Of a stretch of DNA of 64,000 nt, positions 1 to 13,961 are shown piece by piece. The stretch is from positions 1 to 64,000 of the forward strand of contig JAAOMT010000575.1 in the NCBI GenBank assembly GCA_016748015.1, in the 5' to 3' direction. Positions within the stretch are counted from its first letter, which is position 1. Each line of letters starts with the position of its first letter. The translations under genes were made by a program, and so were the position numbers. The DNA comes from Geosiphon pyriformis uo1. Lineage: Eukaryota > Fungi > Glomeromycota. A model generated the notes under the pieces. That model saw nothing but the letters and a program-made list of their open reading frames with translations. It did no database searches and was not told the DNA's origin.

Positions 1-239
1 AGATACATAAATATATGGAATCAGAAGTTGGTATTGTTCGACTGTTTAAAGGTGACATAAATAAATTTTGATCTAATTTATGATTTGATTAAATGAACAA
101 AATTAAAAATGGCCCATGCTTACATAATATTCCAGTTTCGCCTTACTCGCCTGCCCCTTTATTAGATATGGAAATAATTAGAAATTAGTTTTTAATTAAA
201 TCTTTTAAATTTTTAGCTCTTTTATATGCTAAAGAATAT

Positions 240-438
240 TCACCAGCTAATGTGACCTCGAGTAGAAGTCCAGGGGTCATTATATTCCCAACCGCCGGCA
301 TTATCAGGCTTGTTGTCGCACCCTGTAATACATTTTCCATTTCCATTTCCATTTGAACCTAATTTAGGGATGGGGATAGGGGTTGGAATTCGAGCTGGAG
401 TTAGGGTTGGGGCTAAATTGGTAGTAGTAGTAGTAGTG

Positions 439-477
<39 letters not shown>

Positions 478-579
478 TTAGTAGTAGTTGTAGTAATGGC
501 ACTGCTAATGGTGATATTAGTGGAACAAGCAGAAACTGGAAATATTTGGGATGAGAGACTGGAATAAGGGTCTTTAAAT
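240..579 (-). CDS. Probable terminal exon of a Thr/Pro-rich low-complexity protein (upstream exons not identified)
   Basis: After a ttttag acceptor the minus strand reads FKDPYSSLSSQIFPVSACSTNITISSAITTTTTNTN(T)nNLAPTLTPARIPTPIPIPKLGSNGNGNGKCITGCDNKPDNAGGWEYNDPWTSTRGHISW*. The poly-Thr comes from an (ACT)n microsatellite. An N gap at 613-632 obscures the upstream part. Confidence 0.35.
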
Positions 580-3500
580 CTAAAATTTCAAAAATCAAAA
601 ATAATTGTAAATNNNNNNNNNNNNNNNNNNNNTACTACATGTACTTTTATAATAATATTTCAATAAAATCATACATATAAATAATTTGTAGCAAAATTAT
701 TTAAAATTGTACTGATTCCCATGAAAATGCACAAAGAGAAATTTACAGAAGCTTTTATAAGCTATTTAATAAATAACGGTATTTCAGAGAAATCTATGAC
801 GCAGTTTAGTTTTATCTACTGATTAATAAAAACTACATAATCAATTTTTTTATCCTTGGAAAAAAAAATTTATTCAAGTATCACAATTTCATTCTTTATC
901 ATCAGCCAATTCATGGAATAGAATAACAAAAATCTTGAACGAAAAACTTTCATTTCAGGAATTAAAAGTTTATTTTTATTTTCTATTTATTAATAGCAAG
1001 AATAACATGATGATGGAGTCCAAGGTCTTCATTTCAGTCCAGAAATTTTCGATGGGAACCAATTTTTCAAGCAGCTTTGGCGAACTTTGAGAGGAGAAAA
1101 GTGAGACAGTTTTGTCTTTTTGAAAGACGCCATTCACACGAGAAAATGCTATGTTATGTAAAGTTGGCTTGAAAACATTTTTCATTTTTAGTAGAATGCA
1201 TGCAACTAACCTGCAAAAAAGATATCTCTAGAAAATTGTACTGTACATTAAAATGACCTTGACACGATTTTCATTAAACTCTTCACCTCCTTCACGCAAT
1301 GGAATTACGTAATAACGCATTCATCCGAAAAAAGCATATTTTTTTAATGCGTTGATGTTCAATTTTAGTGGTCAAGACCGCGGTGAGACTTTGCTGCATA
1401 CATGATTTTGTGGCACTATGTTTTTTTTGTTTTGATTTCATTTTAAAGAAAATAGTAACCGAAAAACATCATAACGCATTGTAAAATTTAAAAAAATCTA
1501 GCACATCTATAAAGTTCTTCTGTTTCGAATTATTTTGCATTAATTTTTTTTTCAAATATGTTTTATCCAATTTACAAATCATTTTTGTTTCTTCAAAAGG
1601 AAAAACTTTTTACTCAACCTAGCCATAAAATCAAATATATTTTTTCCGAAACAACCCTGAACCGAAAAGTATTGAAAAGAAAAGCTTCCCATGAGGAAAT
1701 TATTGTAGAACAACATGGGTTACTTAGATAGTAATCTAAAAAAGTTTTTTCAAAGCAATCGAGCTCTTTATTATTCCCGTGATAATCGATATTAAATGCA
1801 GATTTCAAGATTTTGAGTTCAAATCAGTAAAATATCTTAAAATTTTGCCCATATTCAAATATTGATTAAAAGAAAAACTACTATTTCGCTTCTAATTGAT
1901 TTTAAAAACCATATGATTTAGTCACTGAATCTACTTTTTCTCATATAGGCTAACAATAAGGTAAAAAAAAGTGATATTTTAAGCCCATTAATAACGAAAC
2001 AATGACTACGGATCTTTTATTTTATAATTTAAGCAAGTAAAGAATAGCAACAAATGAAAAATCTGAATTACTGCTTATAAGCATATTTTTCTTATTTTCT
2101 TCTTTTTTCCTATTATATTAAATAAGAATGGTTGATATATGATACCAATTAAAAATCTATTATTTTATAAAAAATATTTAATTCTAAAGTTTATTATTAA
2201 TTTAACAATAATTAATACTATAACGATAGCAACAACCATAAGATTTTATATTTTGTACTAAAAAAATTATAATTAAATTTGCCAATGCTGAAAAAAAAAT
2301 TTAAATTATTTTTGTCCCTTTTAAAATTTAAATAAGTTTTTGTTGTGAATAATATATCATTATAAAAAACAATAAATGAACTTTAAAAAAATAGAAGGTG
2401 CATATCGGTCAATAAAATAATTGTTAAATAAAAAACTGCTATCAAAATTAATTTAATAATTATAGCTGCATTTCTTGAAATAAAATAAAGAAAATAATAA
2501 TGCTTGGCAAAATATTCACTTTAACAAAGTTTTTGAAAAAAACCTTATTTTATTTTTTTACAAATAATTATTAAAAACATATATCTGATTATATTTTATT
2601 ATTTATAAATTGATTTAAGGATGAAAACCTTTATAATTTAAAATAGCATACAAATTTATAATAAATAAATTGAAAAATTGCGCCATTTAAACTTGTATTC
2701 ATAAAATTTTCTCTAATGCTCTCTCTCTATTTTTTCAATTGATCAAGCAAAGTTTCTTTTTATTGAAAAGTAAGGTGAAAAAAATTTCAAAATGACAGCA
2801 TATTAAGTGAAATTTGATTTGTTTATTCAGAAACAAAAAAAGGCTTTAATAGTTTTAAATAAAAACAAATGTATTTAAAAATATGAATCTCTTTAGTTGA
2901 AGATTTGAAATTATTAGCATTAAACTAATTACAGCTTGATAAAAACTTTCGAAATTTCTTTTATCAAATTAATGTTTATTATAATTTTGTAATAATGTTA
3001 TTATAACATTGATTAAATCTTTTAAATTTTGAATTAAATTAATTTATTCTAATTTTGTTATTTATGAAGATTTATTATTATTCAAATTCCTATTATATAA
3101 TTTATTAAATTAGAAATTAGAAATTGTATACAATTATCTAAATTGCAACTGTTTAATATTTTTTATCGACCAGTACAATAGTAATATTAAAATCATTTTT
3201 TCAGGAATTTAATTAACAATTAATTCAAATTTTAATTATCACAAACTTGATCTTATTATATTGTATCATTTTATTATAATTGAAATGTTTACTTTAAATT
3301 AATTTACCAAAATTAAAATGCTGTAATAATTTTTAATGGACATTTAAATGACGTTATCTTTCACAATAGTGATATTTTCAATGATATAAATTTTATTATG
3401 AATGATGAACAGATTATGAATAGGTTAGTATTCAGCAAAACTACTATCAAAAAATCTATTTACAAAAATTAAATCAAGTGTATTATAATGCTTATTGAAT

Positions 3501-3871
3501 AAAATGTAAAATAATTTTTAAAATCTAATGAAATAAAAAGGCTTCATTCCAAAGCTATGATTGGTAGCAATGCAAAAATGAAGTGATCGTCTGAGTATCA
3601 TGTGATCGTTGAAAACGTGCATGATTCTAAGGATCATTTGTTTCATCTAATAATGGTAAATAATCGGATTGAACCCTTTTTCTAATGTTTAATCACAACC
3701 AAATGCTATAAAATACAACCTTTCCCAAAAAATAATCTAGTGACTAATGAAAACAAAATTTGAACTTATATATTACAAATTCATGAACGTTCATTAAAAA
3801 ATTAGGTTTTTTCTGACTTAACTTATTCTTCCTCCTTCCTTCTCATCACCAAATGACCAAAACTCACTTGA

Positions 3872-5914
3872 TCAAACATTAACAAGATCAGTTTGATTGG
3901 CTAGGGTAAAACGATATTGACTAGCTTCCTTCTTTAATTCTTTGATTTGAGCTTGCATTTTTGCCGTTGTAACAACTAATTTTCCTTTATATTCATCACG
4001 TTCTCGTTTGATATCAACCATCTTATTACGAAGTTCATCATTTTGTTGTTGTAATTCTTCTAGTTTCAACGAGAATTGTAATGCTAACTCTTTGGAAACG
4101 TCGTTTTGGTGTACACCGTTTGTTATCGTTTTTGAACCATTAATTTGTTGATTTGTAAGGGAATCACACTCTTGAAGTAAATTTTGATTTTGACATGATA
4201 ATTTTTCGATCAATACTCGACAATCTTTTATTTCCCTTTGAAATTGTGAATAATTTTCCTTTATGTTATCACGATCCTGATTCGTTATTGATAATTGACC
4301 TTGAAGTTGTTGGTTAAGCTTTTCCAATTCAAAGATTTTGGATGAAAGTTGCTTTTCTCGATTATTGCTAATAGATACTCTTTCCCCGTATTCGGTACTA
4401 AGCGTATTTGTCTCTTCGCGTAAGTTTTGATTTCTAGAGGTAAGTTGTTCGATCTGTTCACGTGATTCTTGGATCGTGTGTTCTAAATGTTCGTTATCAT
4501 TGGCTAATCGAATATTAAGTTCCTTCATCGATTCATATTCTTTTTTGAGAGAGAAAATCTCGGCCTGAAGTTGTTGATTCACAGATTCTAGTTGTTGAAT
4601 TTTCAATATCATTTCACCTTCCCGTTCACTATTTAACGATCCAACTTTAGCTAATTCTTCTTTTAAAGGATCGATTTCTTCGACAAGATGTTGATTATGT
4701 GTTAGGAGTTTCGCGATTTCCTCATGAGATTCTTTAACTTGATTTTCTAATTGTCCTTTATCCTGTTCATTTCCTACCGATTTCTTCAGTTTATCTCGAC
4801 ATTCTTTAACTTCTTTCTCCAACTGTTCATTAGCCTCTAATAACTTTTTATTTGCTTCTTTTAGCGTTTCATACTCTTTTCGAACCTCTGAAATTTGCCT
4901 TGAAAGTTCACTTTCTTTCCTTGAATTATCTGATTCCAATGAAGCATCTCCATTTTCTGAAATAGATTTGCTTCCATCAGAAGAACTATCTTTCTTCACG
5001 ATATCTTTTGGCAATCCGTCAATTCTAAAATTAAAAGTTCCACTTTGGCGTTTTAAAGTTTTGGTTTCGCTAGTCAATTTTCGATTGGTTTGGCGAAGTT
5101 GATGGAACTCATCTTGCTGAGAATTAAGGTCTGATTTTAATTTGTTTCTTTCAGCGTCAATGTTATTGCTTTTTTGGATCAATTGTTGATTTCGTGAGTT
5201 TAATTGTTCTACTTGTTGGCGAGTTTCTTTGTTTTCTTTTTCGATCCGATTTTTTTCACCCGTTAACTTTCTGGTTGTTTCTTTCAATTCAAAATTTTCT
5301 TTTTCAAATTTGTTCGCGAGTCTTTTATATTCTTCATTTTGTGTCCTTGATTGCTCGATATCGGTGGAGAGTTTTTTGAGTTCTGATTTCAATGTTTTAT
5401 TCGTTGCTTGAGTTTGCTTGATTTCAATTCGTAGTGCTTCAATATCCGAGTTTTCACCTAATTTTCCACCTTTCAAGTTGCATGATTCAGTGACAAGTTC
5501 TTCATTTCTTCGACGTAGACGTGCCAATTCTTTTTGAGCAGTAGCAATTTTTGATTTAAGGGTAGTATTTTCCAATTGAAAGGTATTACTTTTCTCCTCC
5601 TTTTGCTGTTGTATTTCTTGTTTCTCTGAGGATAGTTTTGATACACGAGCACGAAGAATTTTTGACTCTGATTCTAATCTCGCTATCTCTGAACTTTGTT
5701 TTTTGCTAGACTTTCTCGCCGCGACTAACTCTTTATGTAAGCGAGTGATTTCCGAGTTAACTATTGCCGGTTCTGGAAAAAGCTCTTCTGGGTAATGTTG
5801 TGGTTCTTGGTTGAGGGGAAAAGTTGGTGTAGTGGGTGTAACTTGGGAACTTCTACCGATCGAGGAAGAAAAATGTCGTTCTGTTGAAATTTTAGTCCGT
5901 TTACCTTGTAACAT
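3872..5914 (-). CDS. Long coiled-coil protein (680 aa), paralog 1
   Basis: Uninterrupted 680-aa ORF with ATG, Pro/Ser-rich N-terminus and E/K/Q/L/N heptads. Internal 81-88 aa repeats (LENQVKESHEEIAKL / LEHTIQESREQIEQL / FQREIKDCRVLIEKL). Confidence 0.85.
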   Translation of the reverse strand: MLQGKRTKISTERHFSSSIGRSSQVTPTTPTFPLNQEPQHYPEELFPEPAIVNSEITRLHKELVAARKSSKKQSSEIARLESESKILRARVSKLSSEKQEIQQQKEEKSNTFQLENTTLKSKIATAQKELARLRRRNEELVTESCNLKGGKLGENSDIEALRIEIKQTQATNKTLKSELKKLSTDIEQSRTQNEEYKRLANKFEKENFELKETTRKLTGEKNRIEKENKETRQQVEQLNSRNQQLIQKSNNIDAERNKLKSDLNSQQDEFHQLRQTNRKLTSETKTLKRQSGTFNFRIDGLPKDIVKKDSSSDGSKSISENGDASLESDNSRKESELSRQISEVRKEYETLKEANKKLLEANEQLEKEVKECRDKLKKSVGNEQDKGQLENQVKESHEEIAKLLTHNQHLVEEIDPLKEELAKVGSLNSEREGEMILKIQQLESVNQQLQAEIFSLKKEYESMKELNIRLANDNEHLEHTIQESREQIEQLTSRNQNLREETNTLSTEYGERVSISNNREKQLSSKIFELEKLNQQLQGQLSITNQDRDNIKENYSQFQREIKDCRVLIEKLSCQNQNLLQECDSLTNQQINGSKTITNGVHQNDVSKELALQFSLKLEELQQQNDELRNKMVDIKRERDEYKGKLVVTTAKMQAQIKELKKEASQYRFTLANQTDLVNV

Positions 5915-6638
5915 ATTTGCTTTAATTTTTCGGTGAGTTCGATAGTATAACGAGACAAAGAGGGAACCAAATCAAAAAGGAAGCACAAAATTCTTTGTTC
6001 TTTTATTAATGGTATTCGTTATGAGACTCGCGGTCTTTTCTTTGAAGAATGAGCGGCAAATAAAAAAAAAGATTTGGCGTTTGTTCGACAGCAATCAATA
6101 TCAATTACAGATTATTCTCGTTAATCATTTTCGATGCAATGAGAAGGGAGAGGCTATGGGGAATTATCGTCACCAATTAAAGCGTAGATTGATACATTGG
6201 ACTGCATACTAACCAAGAAAAGTGACACGAGTCTTGGTTACAATTGGTTAAGCAGTATACCGAACATGCGTACATGTACATTGACAGTCAGGTAGATAAT
6301 GAATCAGGTACAATAGAGTTTGTGTAAAAGTAAGATCCTGGTATCATCATTTTCTTTTTAGTGATGGATTTGTCGGATAAAAACTTCGAGAAAAGGTATG
6401 TATTAATTTTCAATGTTATTTTTCCTTTCCTTTTGTTTTTTCATTATTGTCTCTTTATGTACGTGTATGATTATACTATAGATCTCTCGTACTTTTAATC
6501 TCTTGTCATAAACCCTCAATTAGTTAATCATCAAAAAACTTTGGATGTTTCACTGTTATTAACAATCCATGAATGTCAGTCAAAATTAAGTCACTCCGGA
6601 CCATGATTTTTGCGGTGATATACCTAGTATTACATTTA

Positions 6639-6677
<39 letters not shown>

Positions 6678-9600
6678 ATATTTAATTTAATATAAGACTC
6701 TTATTATGAAACTTTATTCTAAAACTAAGCCTTTATCTTGTTTAGGTCTCATAGTAAAATGCAATTAATCAGTGATCCGGTCACCTTCTAATTTACAAAA
6801 AAACATTTGTCAAACCTTCCCAGGTACTCCTCAATATCCCCGCCTCCCCCCTCCTTATAAATAATAATTGGCAAGGGAACAAATCCAAAAATATTCAAGA
6901 ATGGTAAATGATTTTTTGAAATTTTGAAAGGAAAAAGATATCAAGTAGGTTTCCAATTTTTTGTTCTTAATAAAGCATTTTCCATTAAACTATTATATTT
7001 TAGTTACAATTATATTAAAAATTTAGATTTATGAACTTCAAATTATAAGTTTGAGTATGTCTCTCTCTATGTATGCCCCATTTGAGCCTTTATTTCATAA
7101 AGGAATTTTTCCTCTGATTAATTTTCTAACCATCTGATATTTTCTCTATCCATTTAAAAATTCAAAAACGAAAATTCAACTTGAAACTTCAACTTTTAAC
7201 CCCCTTATATTTAGGTTTGAATCAACTTGATACTACAGATTGTTCATTAGCAACGCGGAGTACATACAATAGCTAAATTTTGTCTCTATTACCCAAACAA
7301 GCTTCACCGATCATCTATGTCTTTCTCAAATTAGAAAGGATTAGGACTTTTCAGGCGTGGATGAAGAACAAGAAAGTTTTTCTTGTCAATGGGGTTGTAA
7401 TACACTATGAGTGTGATTAAGGGTTAGCGGAGAGCTTGAGAAAGATTAGCTGAATTCGAAAATGGAAAAGATGACAGGAATATATAATTTTTTTTTTTTA
7501 GGGCTCAAAGGTTGAGAGATTTGAGATTCAATTGAAAAAAATATAACGAGAAAAGAAGTAAAAAAATTTTGATATCAAGTATGAAAATAGCTCAGCGAGT
7601 TTAATTAAAAAAAGCGTTGTTTAAAAGTTTTATTTTTTGGACGTGATAAATTATCTATGGTTTTGCGATTAATTTTGAAGAAATTTATTTTTCTCAAACG
7701 AGATTTAAGTCTTTCTTCATTTCATTATGTTCAAAGTAGCATAATTGGAAGATGAGATAAATTATTTTTTTTTCAAAAATTCATATAACCGAATTTGAAG
7801 AAATAGAAAATTTTTCACGATTGTTATAAGAACAAAGGAATTAATTCGAAAATAAATTTGAACTAAAAATTTTTTCCCATTCTTTGCAATTAATTTAGTC
7901 ATATATCATTATACCGACAAATATTTTTAAGTTATAAACCTGAAAAGGTGAAACCCATAAATGAATTATCTAAACTTTGGTCAAAATCTTTTAATTTATT
8001 CACAAGTTTACCCCTTAAACAGCTAAAAATTGCTCACTTTTTTTTTTTTTTAATAATAAAATTAAAAAACTTTTTAGGCTGAAATTCTCACGAAACACTA
8101 TTATTGTGATACTAAAGAAACTTAAAATGAGGAACCATTCGTTAGTGGTTTTCCAAAAATTGACGCTCGCCCACAAGAAGAGGCAAGCGTCCTAGATATG
8201 AGGTTGACATATATGTCGTCGGCAGGTGTACCCTCGGATGAGCCTCATTAGATACCCCAAGCCCCCCGAATAAGGACGTAATTTTTAGTATATTGTACAA
8301 AATTTTATTTATATAATTTTTAAGCCCAATTCTGAAATTATGGGATTGAATAATTATGATTAAACAATATATTCAAAAAAGACTTGCAATTTGAATCATT
8401 TTTAAATGATTATTTAAATCAATATACTATGACAACATAGTAAACAATAAAATTGTGATGGTGTTTGATAGAATAACAATAGATGTAAGGTAACAGCGAA
8501 AACTCATACCGAAATAAACGTCGATAAGACGTCAGAGATACGGCTTTAAAGGTCACCACTAGTAATCAATATGAGTCCGGGCCATTTGAACATATAGCTA
8601 AAGTTTTTGAAGCTATCACTCGGTATTATAATCGGACTGAAAGTTTATTAATAATATGTAAGTAAGGGAAAGATTGATTGAAAATAGTCAGAGTTTGGTA
8701 ATTCTGGGGTTCAATGAAAGAATTGTGGGATTTTTGTTTGTTAGAGTTGACAAAATATAGGGATTAGTCGTTTGCCGTGATTCGGAAAAAGCTATATCCG
8801 CAATACCGAACGATCCCATTGACTTTCATCGACAAAAAGAATAAACCAACCAGTCTTTGATTACAATTTTCAAACTGTAATAATAAGAATCCAGTTTTTA
8901 TAGCATTTGGTTCAATAAGAGAATATTTGAAAAGCGAGTTACCTAAGCTAAAAAATTTTTGTAGCACCATTTTGGATTAATGAAGAGAAAATTTTTTTTT
9001 ATAATTCGTATTTATAATATGGAATATATGTCTTATCAGATTATAAACTATGTTATTACATACAATAATTAAAATTAAAATATAATGAATAACTTATTAT
9101 TCATAATAGAATATGTCAATTTTTTATAAAATGTATTAATATATATATATATAAACATATAATAATTTGATTGTTTGTCAAAAATTTAAAAATTGCAAAT
9201 AATTCTTGTTAATTAATTAATTAATTAATAAATAAATAAATAAATAAATAAATAAATAGTTTTAATAAAGAATCATTTAATTATTAATTTATAAAAAATC
9301 AAATTTTCTTTAAAAAAAATATATAAATTTAATTATTTAAAATTAATTCAAATATTATTTTGAATCTATTTTAAAAATGATTAAATCAAGAAATATATAT
9401 CAGAAATATTATTAATAAAATAAAACACAAAGATTTAAATTTCATAAATAATTTTTTTTTCTATGATAATTAAATATTATAATATTAAATATAACTATTT
9501 GATAAATTTCAAATATTATGTTTTATTATATTTTTTTTTCAAAAATACCAAATTTATTTTTTATTAAATTAATTAATTAAATTTTATTTTGCTGTTTTTA

Positions 9601-11844
9601 GCAGTATGATCAGTATTTTAATCATCATTATCTCAACTTCATACATACCTTAGTAGACTTATTTCCAAGTTTAATATAACCTGTAAGGATTTTTTTTTAA
9701 TTTTAAAAATATATTTTATACATAAATTATTTAAAAATATTGTATAAAAACGACCGTTTTCGAATGTAATCGCATTTTTTAACAATAATTTACAAAATAT
9801 TAATTTTTCGCCTAATATTTAAATATTTAAAGGATATTATAAATTTATCTTAGAAATGAATTTAAATCCTGAACTGACAAAATCAATACATTTCACATTC
9901 ATTTATGCTCATTAATAAAATTCTATTGATTTAGCAAATGGGATATAAAGATATCATATGATACAATGTAAAAAAAAAAATTAAAAATTTTTACGTTTTA
10001 AAATAACATGAGTAATATTAAAATTGCTATTTAAAGATATAACAGCTCTTTGAATTAATTTAAGTAATGAAATAAAATCAATAATAAATTTAGAAATTTT
10101 ACTAATCTTAAAGATATTATTACCAAATCGTTTTATAATCTTAAACTTTTCTATATATATTATAAAACGATATGGAGGTTTAAAATTTTATTGGGAAATA
10201 GAATTCAGCTTTAATATTAATCTATAAATTAGAATTATTTTGGTTTTTTGAAAAGTATTGGAAAGTTAGAGTTTTGGTAAAACTTTATTTTTCCAAATGT
10301 TGAGGTAAATTTTAAATAGTTTTTATTTTAATGGTAATTATAAACTTTTCAATTCAAAATGCTCAAATTTAGAGTTTTATGAAAATTTCTTTGACCAAAA
10401 ATTTATATATAAAATAATAATTCGAGTTTTATTATTGATGCACACTAAATTTTATTTTGTAGGTGCTAATATGAGTTTAGGAGTTAGTACAAAGTCGAAC
10501 ATCAGATTTCCTGTAAATAGTATATGTACTAAAAAAAGCTCGAACTGATTCATTACTCGAATGTTTAATTCCTCTATGATTGTTTAAATTATTTTTTTCT
10601 TTCAACATTTTTAGCCTTAGGCTGTCGATTCCGGAAATAATATAATTGCGATTTTTCTCCCGCTGCCGCTGATAAAAACGATCATTGTCACTATCACTGA
10701 TTCTACAATTGAAGACTGACAGGTCTTGTCGTTATTTAAAAGATTCTACATATACTTCTAAAGCTCAAACTATTTTGAATACATTTAACCCCAAAAAAAT
10801 ATTTTGCTGATTTTTTTAATTCAGCTTAAGGATATCACTTCAACATGGGTTGTTTCAAATGTTGCGACCAATAAAATCTTTGGAACTTCAATGGCCTCTT
10901 TTCACGTTGCTAGTTTGATCGCCTATGTCCTCTCAATTCACTTCAGAATTTTTTACCAGTAAATTGACCCTCAAACAACTCAAATATAAAATCTCAGTCT
11001 TGTCATTTAATGGTATCCTTTAATAAGATTCTCACTAACTAATTGGTGTTCAATGTTTCTTTTATCTACTCGTGGATTAATGGTACCCTAGCATTCAGGA
11101 AATAGTTTTAACTTATTTAGCCAGTTAAAAAAAATTGGACTCAACACCATTTAATCAGAACAGCCTGAAAGTAATGAATTATGGTTTTTTGTTTTTTTTT
11201 ATCATTTTTTACCATAGAAATGAACAACAAAGTCACATTTGGGTTTTATTCAACGAAATCAAATATGGAATAGTTATCTTTCCTTATCCTTCTTTTTTTT
11301 TTAAAAAAAAAAGAAAATTATTTCGACGCGATATATTAATATTTTTTGTCTATTTTCTTAAGGCAATAGCTGACTAATGAAACCAACAAAAAATTGATAT
11401 TATAAACGAAAAAAGCTTTTATTGTGGGTGATTACAGATTTTTAATGCTATGTTTCTTATCCCAAAATAGTGATTATTGAATTAAAGAGTTTCATTTTTC
11501 CGAAATACTACTAATAAATACCATAGTCAATGAAGTTTTTACCTTTTTCATTTTATATTTTAAGATTTCTGCGAGTTTTTTTAGGCAATTATAATCGTTT
11601 TTAAACCAAAAACCAATATTTATAAAACAAATAATGATGAGAGTTCCAGTTCCTGAAAATTTCATCAAATAAAAAATCTTAATATCTGATATTTTAGCTG
11701 AAAAAAAATAACGAATAACCAATTTAAATTAAAGAAAAACTAGCTTTCACTTAAAAAATATAGTCTTCCTTAAAAATATTTTTAAATCTTTAAATTGACA
11801 AAAAACATCCCTTCTAATCTAAAACTAATTTTAACAAAGCAAAA

Positions 11845-12843
11845 ATGAATAGGCTATTGGGAACTTCACCTGTTCCTAGACCTCGTATATCGTGTTTTTG
11901 CTGTTGCATTAGATTGAAACCAGTTGTAGTGATTAACAATGGTATGTTTATAACATATAATAATTTTTAATAATTTCCTTAGCTTTATTTCCAATATTAA
12001 TTATTATCAATTAATAAATTATTATATTGAATCTTATTAGGCAGGTAACCTTTCTAATGCAACTACAGGATTTAGGACTTTTATTCAGGATAATCCATTA
12101 AGAAATTGTAAGAATTTAATAGTATATTTATTATTAAAGTCTTTATTATTTTATAAAAATTATTTTGACTTTTTTAGTTTACTCGAATTTCTCTCTAATT
12201 TCTAATATCATTAATTTTATAATCACTCTTGGATCTATATATGGTTTATTCGTTATCACTTTTGCGCTATGTTTATAAATATCTCGCACTACTAAGGATA
12301 ATTGTTTAAATATTTTATTTATCTAACGCTCAACTTTCTAACCTTTAAACCTCTTTTTTAGAATACTTATCGTCTCCTTGGCCTATGTTTTATATTTACT
12401 TACTTAAAGATTGTGAGTGAATAGAAAATTATTTAAAGAAAATTGGTTAAAAATAACTTTAATATATGTTTTTCATCCTTTCTTAGATTTATTTCTCTTT
12501 GGTAATTGATTCACATGCTGCTAATTGTCGCGAAAAAGAAAAGATGGCCAAACAAACCTCAGATCTCAGTGCCATGATTGTCGCGTAATGTTTCCCTTTC
12601 TTAGATTTATTTCTCTTTGGTAATTGATTCATATGCTGCTAATTGTCGCGAAAAAGAAAAGATGGCCAAACAAACCTCAGATCTCAGTGCCATGATTGTC
12701 GCGTAATGTTTCCCTTTCTTTGATTTATTTCTCTTTGGTAATTGATTCATATGCTGCTAATTGTCGCGAAAAAGAAAATATGGCCAAACAAACCTCAGAC
12801 CATGAGAAGATCTCAGTGCCATGATTGTCGAGTAATGTTTCCC
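11845..12843 (+). pseudogene. Pseudogene copy of the four-TM protein gene at 25151-26083
   Basis: Starts MNRLLGTSPVPRPRISCFCCCIRLKPVVVI; exons and introns align with the 25.1-26.1 kb copy. Lesions: 11-nt deletion in exon 1, exon-3 donor GT changed to CT, exon 4 largely deleted, last exon triplicated. Confidence 0.8.
12477..12843 (+). repeat. Tandem repeat, 3 x ~118 bp
   Basis: Unit tttcttagatttatttctctttggtaattgattc...gattgtcgcgtaatgtttccc; the acceptor position recurs at 12485, 12603 and 12721. Confidence 0.9.
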
Positions 12844-13961
12844 AATCTCGTTACCGTTTATAAGCTTTTTAGTTTTAAGACTCTTTATAACTCATTTACT
12901 TTAAAATTCCCAATTGAAATTTGAAATCTCTTGGTGCTGCAAGTCCATTTAGCCTCGTCACGATGGCTTTTAATTCTTTATACGGGTGCTGGATGCCCCA
13001 GTCCAGCTTTGGCGCTATTCATGATTTACCATTTCTTGCTACTATTGGCACTTTTATTAGAGGAGCTAGTTTTGTTTAGCTTGTGAAACAATCGTAGAAA
13101 TTTCTTTTTTCAAGTTAAAAAATTAAAAAACAGCGTATGGGCTAAAAAAGATGTTTCGACATCTTAAAAATTTTTCATACATAATTTTTTTACCAATACG
13201 ATACTTCTTAATTTATAATACATGTATAAAAATGAGAACAAGGATAAAACGACTATTAAAATTACCGGGCATAACCACCCAAAAACGGTAGAAATTCTTC
13301 AGTGTTTTCTTTTTTTTACATTATCAGTAATAATTTTAGCTCACAATTTAGGTTTTGAAATAAGAGTTCTGTATTTTCAAAGTTAGAACAGTTCAAAATT
13401 TCCATTGGAGAAAAAAGATTTGAGCACAATGCAAAAAAATTTTTAGCAGGCAAGTTTTGCCATTTAAGGCTATTCATTTGCAGGGGAAATTTGTGATCCT
13501 ATGAATTTTCAAATCGCTTGCCCGTTTCAGACATGATAAAGGCCAACTTTCCACAACATTCTAAGCAGAAGGTTTTTGAAATCTTGGAATACTTTACCTA
13601 CCGGGAATGGAATTTTTCGCACTAATTTTGGGCGTAATACGAACTTTAGGTTCAATTTTGGGATTTGGGCTCTTTTAGGGTTTGAAATTTTGATTTTTGG
13701 GGTCTTAAAAATTTAGGTTTTCTCAATCCAATTTTCTGATCAATTATTAAATTTAATTTAATCCAAGACATGCATAAGCATCATCAGGAAACCATCGTCT
13801 CGGCCTATTATGCGTAACGTACACAAAAAAATCTTAATTATCTCTCTTGGTAGAAGGTAACATGGACCAGGAGAAACTGCTGAACACAATCCAATAAATA
13901 TGAGTGAAAAACGTTCTACTGCCACTCCCTCCTAGAGTCACTCAAATCATTCTCATAAATA

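Noticed and set aside
310-598. Poly-Val and poly-Leu ORFs in the track
   Set aside because: Alternative-frame readings of a (TAG)n/(ACT)n microsatellite.
6390-7280. Possible spliced gene divergent from coiled-coil paralog 1
   Set aside because: GT/AG-like sites exist, but I found no open frame through the candidate exons.
12477-12843. Possible CRISPR-like array
   Set aside because: Whole units repeat with no unique spacers; they derive from an exon, in a eukaryotic context.
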